Notes under the pieces: model-generated
The model's database searches: none
Seen by the model: the letters and a program-made list of their open reading frames with translations, nothing else
Told to the model about the DNA's origin: nothing
Shown here: positions 1 through 11,300 of the stretch, in pieces
Numbering within the stretch: position 1 is the first letter of the stretch
Layout: each line of letters starts with the position of its first letter
Assembly: GCF_000281045.1 (NCBI RefSeq)
Contig: NW_008246070.1
Coordinates: forward strand, 524,954-588,953
Origin: Saprolegnia diclina VS20
Taxonomy: Eukaryota
Reading direction: 5' to 3'
Length of the DNA: 64,000 nt
Position numbers and translations under genes: made by a program

Positions 1-984
1 CTCGGCTGGCTCATGGACATGCAAGGCTACGTGACGATGCTCTGGACGTGCGACTCGATTTTTCTTCTGAGTGCGCTCGTGCTCTGGTGTCTGACGTTCT
101 ACTTGGTGCTGCTCCAGTTTGCCTTTCTACGACATAGCGTCATCTGCAGCGTGCCCGTCTACTTGTCCAAAAACGTGATTGGTCCCGTGATTTTGCTCCT
201 GACTTTCTACGGCAACCGCAGTCTCCAATCGCTGAGCACGTACATGTACCAGAACCCAAGCTTTGACAAAACGTACTTGGTGTACCTCGGCCCCGCCCAG
301 CTCGCATCGATCGTTGGTATCATGACGGGGACACTGATTCAGATCTGGTTCAACCCGCGACTGGTCACGCAGACGTGGCTGCTTCTGGTGGCCAGTGTCG
401 TCAACTGGCTTCTAGTGTTTTGCCTTGAAGCGTTTGTCGTTGCGCCCCAAAGCAACGCCGTGTCAAGCTCGTGTCGGCTCGCGACCTCGATCAACTGCTT
501 TGCGTTTGACGCGCTTCCTCGCCTTCACGTGCTCTCGCCGCTTCTCTCGGGCGGCATCGTTTTGCTGGCGATAGCCTGCGTGTATCTCACCTCGTGGTAC
601 ATCTCGTACACGGTGCGCGTACCTCGAACCAACTCGGTGCTGGCGTACCTGGGCGTGCCCAACCTGTCGTCTGTCACCACGTCGATCGAGGGATGCACCG
701 CAACCAACTTGAACGGTGACGTGGTCCTGGACCGCGGGCTTCTTTTGATTAAGAACATGCTTCAAGTCTCGGACGCCTATGTGACGCGAACGTGCAACGT
801 GCAGTACGAGCTCTTCTTCCGCCTGCTGCCGTCCGATCGACTCAAGCGCGTCTTCAGCCAGCTCGTCGGGTCGGTCCTCGTCGTCCACATCCATCGCGAC
901 CGCATTCAGAAAAAATCGAGCTACAAGCATTTGCACGAGCTCCAAATGGGTGCCATGCGGCATACCCCAGGGTACCTCTCGTAA
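1..984 (+). CDS. Uncharacterised multi-pass membrane protein, C-terminal part (frame open at window start)
   Basis: Frame open from base 1 to TAA at 984; about 5 hydrophobic segments followed by a soluble tail; no family recognised. Confidence 0.7.
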   Translation, partial: LGWLMDMQGYVTMLWTCDSIFLLSALVLWCLTFYLVLLQFAFLRHSVICSVPVYLSKNVIGPVILLLTFYGNRSLQSLSTYMYQNPSFDKTYLVYLGPAQLASIVGIMTGTLIQIWFNPRLVTQTWLLLVASVVNWLLVFCLEAFVVAPQSNAVSSSCRLATSINCFAFDALPRLHVLSPLLSGGIVLLAIACVYLTSWYISYTVRVPRTNSVLAYLGVPNLSSVTTSIEGCTATNLNGDVVLDRGLLLIKNMLQVSDAYVTRTCNVQYELFFRLLPSDRLKRVFSQLVGSVLVVHIHRDRIQKKSSYKHLHELQMGAMRHTPGYLS

Positions 985-1174
985 CCACATGAAGCGTCCT
1001 TGGCTCAGTGTCGCGGCTCGTTGTATCAAGTTGATACTTTCGCACTCGGCACGGCAGAGACTGACCAGACAATCGTTGTTGACCTTGCGCGGTCGAGCGG
1101 TCCGACCAACGAGAGCGACCTGATCGCATACACAGTGTCGATTCTTTGACGTCATAAATAGCTAGTCCCGTGGT

Positions 1175-2867
1175 TTACACATTCATGGTTGTACTATATC
1201 GCTGCAGCACCAACACAATGTCTCTCGCCGTCGGTCGCTGGTGCGGTTCCGTGGCGATGCAGCGCAGAATGAGCTCGACGAGCCAGGGTGCGCAGTCGGG
1301 CGGCAGCGTCGGCGTGATCGCGCCGTTGACCACGAGGCTGATGATGGCCGTGTCGACAAGCGGCTGGCCAGTGCGGGACTTGATGTCGGCGTACGGGATG
1401 CGGTGCGTCACGATTTCGGAGAGCACCATGCCAAACGAAAAGACGTCGGCGGCGACTGTATACTGGTTCTCGCTGAGCACCTCGGGCGCCATCCAGCGGT
1501 ACGTGCCGACACCGACCGTCATCGTGTCGTGGCTGGACGCGAGCCGGGCGACGCCAAAGTCGCAGAGCTTGGCACCCTTGAGAGAGTCGACGAGCACGTT
1601 GCGGGACTTGAGGTCGCGGTGGATGATCTTGAGGTTATGCAAGTAGACAAGCGCTTGCGCGACGCTCAGCGCCGCGGCGACTTTGCGTGGAAGGATGTAG
1701 GTGGCAGGCGTATTTTGCACGAGGAGATCGCGCAGGTCGCCTTGGTCCATGTACTCGATGAGGAAGCAGAGTGCGTGGTCGGGTACGGTGAACGAGACGC
1801 CAATGAGCTCAGTGATGTGGCCGTGATGCAGCCTACGACAAGTAAGCTCCAAAGTCGCCGTACGGAGAAGCGGACCTTGAGAGCATCAGAATCTCGTCGA
1901 CCATCGCGTACACGTCCGTCGGCACGTCGCAGCGCTCGGGCAAAAGAGCTTTGATGGCGACTCTTTGCCCTTTGTATAACCCGAGAAAGACTTGGCCGTT
2001 GGCGCCTTTTGCGATCGAGTACTGCCACGACACGTGGCCGTGCACGGAGAGCGCCATGAGCTGCGCCATCGTGTCGGCCGGCAGCAGCGCAAGTGTCGAG
2101 TTGCGTAATGAGGCAAACGCGAGCGTTGGTGACTCGAGGTCCGAGGTCGGCGAGTCGGCCGCTGCCTCTTGTGTTGAAGGGTCGATGAGAAGAGGCATGG
2201 GCGGTGATGGCCGCCGGTGCCAGCGCACAAAGAGGCCGATCGTGAGGAGGAGCCCGACAACAGCGCCGGCAACGACGATGAGAGACGAGTCGGTCGCACC
2301 GAGGGTCAGCGTCGGCGTCGCGGTCGGCGGCGGCGGCGCGTACAGCTTTTCGCAGGTGCGCATGAGGAGGGATGTGTCGCGCGAGTCGTTCGCTTTGGTG
2401 CGCGACGTCATGAGCTGCACAAAGGTGTACATGGTCGTGACGTTGCCGCCGCAGTCGTTGGCGAACGCGGTCTGGCGAATCGTCGTGTTGAGGCTCTTGC
2501 ACGACGCGCACGTGTCGCTCGTCGGCGTGCCCCACTCGACCGAGTCGTACTCGTAGCACGAGTAAAAGTGGCGCGCGAACGTCTTGAACTGGCGCTTGCA
2601 ACTGGGCGCGCAGATCTTGGTGAACTGCGGCCAGCGCTCAAACTGGTCGATGGTCGCGAGCGCCGGGAGGCCGCAGCCCCGACACTGCAGCCCGATCTGC
2701 GAGTAGCGGTCGAGCAGCGTGAGGCACGCCGGGTCCTTGCAGAAGGCGTCAATGTCGGTCGCCGTCACGTTGTCCTGCAGATGCAGCACGACGGGGCTGG
2801 AGCATGCGTTCTCGTCCGCGGCCGCAATGAGCCCGCGGCAGGTCTCCGCCACCTCGTCAGTGCACAT
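1175..2867 (-). CDS. Receptor-like TKL protein kinase (Cys-rich ectodomain, TM, kinase), copy 1
   Basis: Kinase motifs AKGANGQV, VAIK, HRDLKSRN, DFG, GTYRWMAPE, DVFSFG; TM LIVVAGAVVGLLLTIGLFV; GT-AG intron 1833-1875 joins MLSR|LHH. Start uncertain and no clear signal peptide. Confidence 0.88.
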
Positions 2868-3220
2868 GACGAAGTTCGCACTTGCGTCGCTGCCCTGATT
2901 GAGAACGCAGAAGCCTGATTTCGGCCTAATCGAAGTCCGAAGTCCCAATCTAGAACCCGCATCAGTCCGATGCTTCCACAGTGGTTTGTCCCCGAGTGGT
3001 TTTGCCCAAGTCCGCCAAGCGTCCGAGTCAGTCCGAAGACGCGCGCAGCCAGCAGCCCGCCAGCAGCCTCCGAGTCGCTCTGTGCTTGGGCGTGCAACTT
3101 GCACTCGCATTGCGAGGTATCTTGCTCGTACCTGAGTTCTGTGTGAACTCTTCCTGTGACTAGGACTAGGGTAACCGAATTGATGGAGACTAATAACCAT
3201 GAGACGATAAATAGGTTAAG

Positions 3221-5073
3221 TTATGGGACCGCGAGCACGAGCTGTTGGTGCAGGATCGCGGCGACTTGCCTCGCACTTGGTCGGGCGTTGGCGTCGGCAG
3301 CGATACACGCCAGCGTGAGGTCGCGTGCCCAGGACGGGCAGTCGTCGGGCAGCGTCGGTGTGATCGCGCCGTTGATGACCATATTGATGATTGCCGTGTC
3401 TACAAGCGGCAGGCCGTTCTTCGACATTAGGTCCGAGTACGGAATGCGGTGCGTCAGGAGCTCCGAGAGCACCATGCCGAACGAGAAGACGTCGGCGGCG
3501 ACCGTGTACTGGTTCTCGCTCAAGAGCTCCGGCGCCATCCAGCGGTACGTGCCGACGCCAGCCGTCATCGTGAGCGTCTTGGACGTATGGCGCGAGACGC
3601 CAAAGTCCGTGAGCTTGGTGCCCTTGACCGAGTCGAGGAGAACGTTGCGGGATTTGAGGTCGCGGTGGATGACCGAACTTTCATGAAGGTACACGAGGCC
3701 TTGGGCGACGCTCCACGCGCACTGGAGCTTCTCGAGCCATGGAAAGAGCGCCGCGGGATCGGCCGCCGAAAGCACCAAGAGGTCGCGGAGGTCACCGCGG
3801 TCCATAAACTCGACCAGGAACGAGAGCCGCGCGAGGGGCGCATTTCGAAGAAAGCACACGCCATAGAACGCGACAACGAACGGGCTGTCGAGTCTATGGA
3901 TAGAGGATGAGTCGGCCATGTTCGAAGCGCGGGTCCGTCGCACCGGGAGAGCATTTTGATCTCGTCGACCATGGCTTGCGCCTCGTGCTGGCTCGTCCGG
4001 CCCGGAAGAAGGCACTTGATCGCGACGCGCTCGCCATTGTACTTGCCAAGGTAGACTTCGCCGTGTGCGCCTTTGGCGAGGAGCCGCGTCCGAACGACGC
4101 TGGCATCGTCGACGCGCAGCCGGTCGAGAATCGTTACGTCCGCTGGACGCAAGATGTCGCCAGACGCCCGGCCTTCGGTCGTCGGTGCACTGCCAGTGCG
4201 CGTCGTCGACCGCCCGCCCGACGACCGCGACAAGAGCCGGTTTTGGTCGATCTCGGCGGGCACGTCTTCGCGGCGCCAGCGCCGAAAGCAGCCGACGACA
4301 AGCCCCATCGCGCCGAGGCCACCAAGCACAATCACAATCAGCAGGAACGGACTCCCGGGTTTGTGGGGGGCGTCCACCATGCGCGGGGGTACCATCGAGA
4401 TGTTGGCGTACTTGGCACACGTCCCAATCAAATGGTTCATGTCGAACGGCGCATTTTGGCTCGAGAGCTGGCGCTCGGCGAGCATGCGACGGATAAAGTC
4501 GACGAGGCCGCCGCACGTCGCGACGAACGAGACGTCGCTGATGGATTCGTTGACCTTGTGACAGCCCGTGCAGGCGACGCGCACCGGCGGGGCGTCGGGC
4601 GGCGCCTTCTCGTCCAAGGATTGGCAGTTGTACCACTGGTTGGCAAACTCAATGTACTGCGGCCGGCACGTGGGCGCGCAAATGTTCTGGAACTGCGGCC
4701 ACCCGTCCATGTCGGCGAGCTCAAAGAAGACGGAGAGCTCGATGTCGTTGCATTGGTCGCGCGCGGCGATGAGGGCCGTGAGCTTCTTGCCGCAGCTCGG
4801 GTCGCTGCAAAAGGCGTCGAGCGACGACTCGTTCATCGCGAGCGTGCCCAACTGGAAGATCGAGTCGGCGCTGCAGCTCATGTTGATGGCAGCGCCCACG
4901 ATTTGGTGGCAATTGTCGATGTGGGTCGCATTGGGCGGGCTCGTCGTCGGGGCCATCGACAGGGCCTCCTCGGACCCGCTACCATTAGCGCTGCCGAGCG
5001 CGTGCACAGCTAGCAGCAGAAGCAGCAGGCATGTGAGCCGCGGGAGGCGCAGTAGGAAGTCGGCGGCTGGCAT
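3221..5073 (-). CDS. Receptor-like TKL protein kinase (signal peptide, Cys-rich ectodomain, TM, kinase), copy 2
   Basis: Signal peptide LTCLLLLLLAVHALG; TM FLLIVIVLGGLGAMGLVVGCF; motifs VAIK, HRDLKSRN, DFG, APE; intron 3894-3943 at the same position and phase as in copy 1. Confidence 0.92.
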
Positions 5074-5714
5074 GTGCTAAGGCGATCGCCGAATGTCCAT
5101 CAAGTAGGGCGGAAATAGGAGTGCATCCCGCCGATTCCTCGCAGCCGCCCATGGCCTGTAGCAATTGATATTGTTTTACAATCGATTGTAATCTCCGGGG
5201 AAGGCCATATGACGCCGGGTTGGCAAACCTCTTTGATTCGATACGTGCCTGCTTGTCCGACTCTCTGCGCACATTACACACAGGAGCCTCAGTCCTTCCA
5301 TCGCATACCTTCGAACTTCGGGTGGTTTGTCCCAGTGGGGCAAACCCCGGCAAGCCGCATGGCAAGGGTGCGGGTACATAGTGCCCATGAGGCGGACCGA
5401 CGCGCACTGTCTCTATCGCGCTGGGCACAGCAGTAGCGAACAGCGACAGGAGGACGTCGTGTGGAAGCGTCAAGAGTATTTCCACTGGATCAGCCACTGG
5501 ATTGCACATCTCAAACCCGTGCACGAACAGCTTGGCGCCATGGGCACGCTCGGTCGACAGGTGGTGGCGCCTTCAACCAACGCGCATGCACTTTGAGAGA
5601 CTGGCAGCTCAGAGTGGTGCAGAGCCGCGTCGGAGCAATGCGGTGCATATTCGTTTTGAGAGGTTTGCCAAGAAAAAGTGCAAAGTGCCATTTTCCACCA
5701 GCAGAAAGGACGCG

Positions 5715-8167
5715 ATGTTCACGCGGCGCGACCGGTCGTCGTCGGGGAAGATGCCCACGTGGATGTACAGCCCGACGGGCGAGACGCCGCCGCGAAGCAA
5801 CAAGAGCTCGGCGGGCTCGCGTGGTGGCAGCTTTGACGCGATGAACCCGCCGTGGATGTCGTCCGAGGCAGACCCGCTTTTGCCCGACAAAGACACGTAC
5901 GCCGAGATTGGCCTCGCGCGCCGGAAGCTGCTCGGGCCCACGTGCGTGCGCGGGCTCACCGACATCATCTTCTTCGTGCTCTTCGTGCTCTACTGGGTCG
6001 GCATGATCGCGCTCGGCATCGTCGCCTTTGTCCAGGACGGCCTCACGCACAAGATGCAATACTTGACCGAGCCCATGGACTACACAGGCGTTTCCTGCGG
6101 CCTCAACGCGTCCGTGTACTACCCGCTCTGGCAGAGCCACCCGGACTTTGGCGTCTGCGTCGCGTCCTGCCCGCACGCCGGCGACGAGGTCCGCCTCCAC
6201 GTCCCGTGGGTCCCGTTAAACGACTCGACGACCATCACGGCGCCAGGCGCGCGGCCGGCCAACTCGACGGCAAAGGACCGCGTCGTGGTCTTTACCGCGT
6301 ACGAGACGGTCGCCAACAACTTTGTGTGCGCGCCCAACGGCACGGACGCGTTCAAGGACCTTCCGCACGTCTCACAGCTCAACGACGTGATCGGACAGTA
6401 CATTGGTGGCATCCGCGAGGTTGTGGCGCGCTTATACCGCCCTCTCAGTTCTTATATCTTTGTGTAGAACTGGAAGCAGCTGCTCTCGGCGTGCGGTATC
6501 GCGGTCGGCCTCGCGTGCGTCTACCTCATTGTACTCCGTTTCTTTGGCTGCCTCGTCCTCGGTCTCTCGGTCGTCGGCGTCCAAGTCGCGCTCATCCTTG
6601 CCGCTGTCCAAGCGTGGCTCTTCTCGGCCAACAGCGACGCGTTTGACCGCGCAACGCAGAACGCGTTCTTGGTGCTCGCCGTGCTCTTGCTCTGCGGCGC
6701 GATCCTCTTCTTCTTCATCGTCGTGCTCATGGTGCAGCGTACGTCTTATCTGCTCGTTGCCCAAATTTCCAGAAATTTTGGGACGATTTTCAACATTTTT
6801 GTGATGTTCGCGGTCTTGTAGGACTCGTCCTCGCGGGAAAATTCATGGTCTTTGGCACGCGCGTGCTGTACCAGCTACCGAAATTGCTGCTGCTGCCCTT
6901 CTTCCACACGTTTCTGCTCTTCCTCGTCTTTATCTGGGGTCTCGCCGTCACCGTCTGCCTCTTTGGCGCCGGTGAGACGGTCCAACTCGAAGAGACACTG
7001 CGTCTTCCGGGGTCCACCGAGACTGGTCTGCGCGCTCAATGCATCCAAATGAGATATAAATTCTATGGCTAGTCACCGTGCTCGTCGCGTCCTTTCAGCG
7101 CAGCCCGATGCTCCGGTGGTTCTTCCTCTACCACGCGTTTGGCATCTACTGGGCGATCACGACGATCTTGAGTCTGACAGAGATGACGACCGCGATGGCG
7201 GTCTCGCTCTGGTACTTCTCGCCGATCGACAAGGCGACAAAAGAAAAGACGTTTGAAGTCGACGACCCGGTCAAGTACGCGCTCGAGGGCATCGCTGGCA
7301 ACCACCTCGGCACGGCCGCGCTCAGCGCGCTCGTGGTCGCACCGATCCGCTACGTGCGCAACTTTTTCATGTATATTGAAGACGTCCAGGACAACGAGAG
7401 CCTCGGGAGCGGCGTCGCGAGTGTGTTTTCGACGCTCTTTTGTGTACATTTTTGGTTTCAACTGTGGACAAGTTGTCATGTATTTGTCTAGTGCTGCATT
7501 TGGTGCTTCAAGTCGTTTGTGATCTTCATCTCGAAAGAAGCGTCGTTCGTGACCGCGATGCAAGGCTCGAGCTTCTACAGCGCGGCCAAGGTCCCACGAC
7601 TCAATCACGTCATCTCACACGATGCTGGCATGCGTAGGTGGCCCACTCCCTCATTACGTCGCACCTCCTGCGCATCGGGTCGATCAACCGCATTGGCAAC
7701 GCCAGCGTCCTCCTCGTACAGCCAGCTGCACGGATCTGGTGTATCAAGTTTCGTCGCTGTAGGGCAAAGTCATCATTTGCTCGGGCGCGTGCTTGGCCGC
7801 GTACATCTTTATGGAAGCCGACGACACGTGGACCAACATGACGATCCCGATGCTCTCGATCGCGCTCTTTTCGTATGCGATTGCCCACACGTTCATGTCG
7901 GTACGTCATCTCTCCTCCGGAGTTGAGTTCCAATTTGAGAATGGGCTATTGAACGCATTGTGTAGCTCTACGAGACGACCATCAACGTGCTGCTATTGAG
8001 CTTTACGCTGGATGAAGTCACGCACGGCGGTCGCGGCAAGGCGCAGTTTGCCGAGCCTGATTTCGTCAAGTCCGTCTTTTATTGATTACATGGAGACTAA
8101 CTAATTTATGGTTTTGACTAGGGCGGTCAACGACAATTTGCGTCCCAAGTGGCAAATCGTCTTGTAA
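5715..8167 (+). CDS. Choline transporter-like (CTL/SLC44) family membrane protein, multi-exon
   Basis: N-terminal RGLTDIIFFVLFVLYW, then DYTGVSCG and CVASCP, then later TM segments with HLGTAALSAL and GSSFYSAAK, all typical of CTL; several short introns; stop TAA at 8165-8167. Confidence 0.85.
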
Positions 8168-8346
8168 GCAGTGTAGAGCCAAGTCGGAGCTTCTTGCTCG
8201 TCTAAGCCAAAAAACGTCATTCTACACTTTACAAACTAGCGTGCGATGATGGCGGCAGTTGGGGCAGGGGTTTCGAAAATGTTTTTTTTGTAATTTTAGC
8301 CAGTGCGTTTCCCGCCCATTCCAGGATCCACCGAACGCGACGACAA

Positions 8347-11300
8347 ATGATGCTGTGGTCCAACCTCCGGGGGTATCTCCAGCGCAAGGCCACCGAGCTG
8401 CGCTTTGGGAACCGGTCGCGGCCGCCGCGTCGGCGAGTGCACCGCGTCGTCGCCCGCCGCAAGTATGGGCATCTGCGCGAGTTTCTCTACGTCCTGTTCT
8501 ACAATTTCCAGCTCCTCTGCTACCTCTTTTTCATTCCACTCCGGCTCGGCTTTGTGTTTGACCCGTTCGTGAGCCACGCCGACCCGCATTTCGACGCGAA
8601 CGACGGGCTCTTTTATGTCGTCGACGTCGTCACTGACGTCTTTGGGCTCGTCAACTTTTACTTCCTCTCGCGCTACCACCGCGGCTTGTACAACCGCCCG
8701 ATGAGCTTCTCGCAGCACTCGTCGCATACAACAACGGCGACGCGCGCACCGGGGCGCCTCGCGAGTATGGCGGCGCGCGCCACCAACGAAAAGGCCGTCA
8801 AGCCCGAGTCCGGTCCGATTGCAGCGCGCCACTTGCACTTTATGGGCACCGTCTCGGGGCGCAGCCTCGCGCATATCTCGCGCTTCCAGCTGCTGCTCGA
8901 AGCCGCCGCGCTCATCCCGTTTGAGTTTGTGTGCTTCGCGGCGTTTGGCATCAACGGCCTCCACCTCGCGCGCATCCCCAAGCTGCTCCGACTGCACAAC
9001 GGCCGGCGCTGCCTCGCGGCGCTCAAGACCGTCCTCTCGCGCTACCAGTGCTTTGCGCGGCTCAACAACACGCCGGTATCCTTCCTCGTCATGCTCATGG
9101 TCACGCACTTCTCGCTCTTCCACCTCGTGAGCGCTGCCTACATGCTGCTAGCGCACGTCGAGTGCGGTGTGCACTTGGACCAATGCGAAGGGGGCGGTGG
9201 CGCCAGCAGCGGTGGCCATCGGCAGCTCAGCGGCGGCGGGGCGTCGCTCGCAGTGGGCACACCCACGTGCTGGGTGCTCCAAGGCCAGCTCCAAGGTGGC
9301 CACATCTGGGACCAGTACATTCGGACGCTCGTGACGGTCGCGTTTGGCGACGCGTTTGCGTACACGTACGCCGAAGGCTGCTTTGGCATCTTGATCCAGC
9401 TCCTTCGCGCGCTCATGAGTTGCGCGATCATTGGCGGGTTCGAGCTCGTGTTTGGCCACTACAACTCACGCCGAAGTACGTATGTGGCCTTGCTGGAAGA
9501 CGCGCGCACGGTACGTGCTTGCATCCATTCGTCAAGCGTGGACAATGCGTATTCATTATGTCTCTACCTAGTATACGCAGTCGCGCAAGCTGCCCGAGAA
9601 CCTCCGCATCAAAATTCTCGGGTATTTCGACTACTTTTGGCGCGTCCAGCTCGGGATTCTCGAAAACAACGTGATTGCGTCGCTGCCGGCGCACTTCCAG
9701 ATGCAATGCACCCAAGTGCTCAAAGCGTCGCTCATCAGCAAGGTACGTGTGCGATTACGCGTGCATGGCGGACCTACGAGGGGTAGGTGTATTTCTTGAC
9801 CAAGGAAAGTGCCAATGTGATCCAGAACCTCGCGTCGCTTTTGACGTCGCAGGTGTTTATGCCCATGGACTGGATCACCAAGACGGTGCATTTTCGCGAA
9901 ATGTACCTCATTGCGCGCGGCAAGGTCTTCCTCGTCGACGACAATCAGAAAATCATCTCCAAGCTCACGCAAGGCGACGCATTTGGCGAGATCACGCTCT
10001 TTGTCGAGAACGCGTTTGCGTACAAGGCGCTGGCCGAGACGTTTTGCGAGCTCTACCAGCTCAACACGGACGTGTTCCATACGGTCATTGACGCCTACTA
10101 CACCGAGACAGCGGTCGCAGCGCAACGCAAAACCGAGTGGCGCGACGCTATCGAGGCGCGCGACCACCAAATGCTCAAGACGCAAAAGCTGCTCAACCAA
10201 GGCGAGACGCTGCAGAGCGTCATGCGCCACGCCCAGTCCAAATCTGGTCGGTGGGTGCTGCCGCACTCCAAGTTTCGCAGCTTCTGGTCGATGCTGCACC
10301 TTTGCAGCCTCATCTACATGGCGGTCGAAATTCCGTACAAGCTCATCTTTCGCACCGCAGAAAACATCGACACGTCGACCAGCGTCACGCTGGTGTTCGT
10401 CGCCAGCGTTCTCAACGAGTTCTTTTACGTTCTGACCATCACGTTCGAAGCGCGGTACTTCGCCTTCCTCGATACGTCCTCGGTCGTCACCACGGCGCCC
10501 GTGACGGACCCGGACTTGATCTTTGCGCACTACAAGGAGTCGAACGCGTGGCGCTACGACCTCATCGCGATCCTTCCGATCGCCATCATCGGCGACGCTC
10601 TGCCCTATGAATGGTACGTATATGCCACCTGTGATGATCAGGCGCGGACGTCGTATGTTTGTATAGGAGCGCGCTTGTCCTCTACCTTCGACTCTTTCGG
10701 CTCTTACGGCTCGTACGCTTGCGCCAGCTGCAAGACGTGCTTTCCGGTGTCCTCGAAGAACACCGCGTGTCATCAGCACTCCAAACCGTCGTGTACCTCT
10801 CGCTCGGAGTCCTCCTCGTCACGCACGTTGCGGGCTGCCTCTGGTTTTTGATTGCCAATGTCCAGACGCCGCACGCGGCCGCAGAGGCGACGCACTGGAC
10901 GTCCAGCGAGATCACGCGCGCGCGCTGCTCGCACGACGGCGGCATCTTTGCCAACTGCACGTGGTTCCTCTACGACCAAGTGCACCATCCGCACAACTCC
11001 GAGTACGCGCGGGCGCTGCTTTGGTCGGTCGTCTCGCTCACCACTGTCGGGTTTGGGCCCATCCTTCCGTTCTCGACGGCCGAGTACACGTACGCCTGTC
11101 TGTGGTTTTACGTGTCGTGCCTCATCAACTTTGGCGTCATTGGCGCCATCTCGAGCGCGATCGCACAAATGATGGCCAACGAGAATCGAAGTCAGGACCG
11201 ACTGATGCAAATCAACCGGTTTATGCGCTACCGCAGCGTGTCGCCGCTCGTGCAGCACCAAGTGCGCCGGTACTACAAGAACCAGTGGGTGCGCGAGAAG

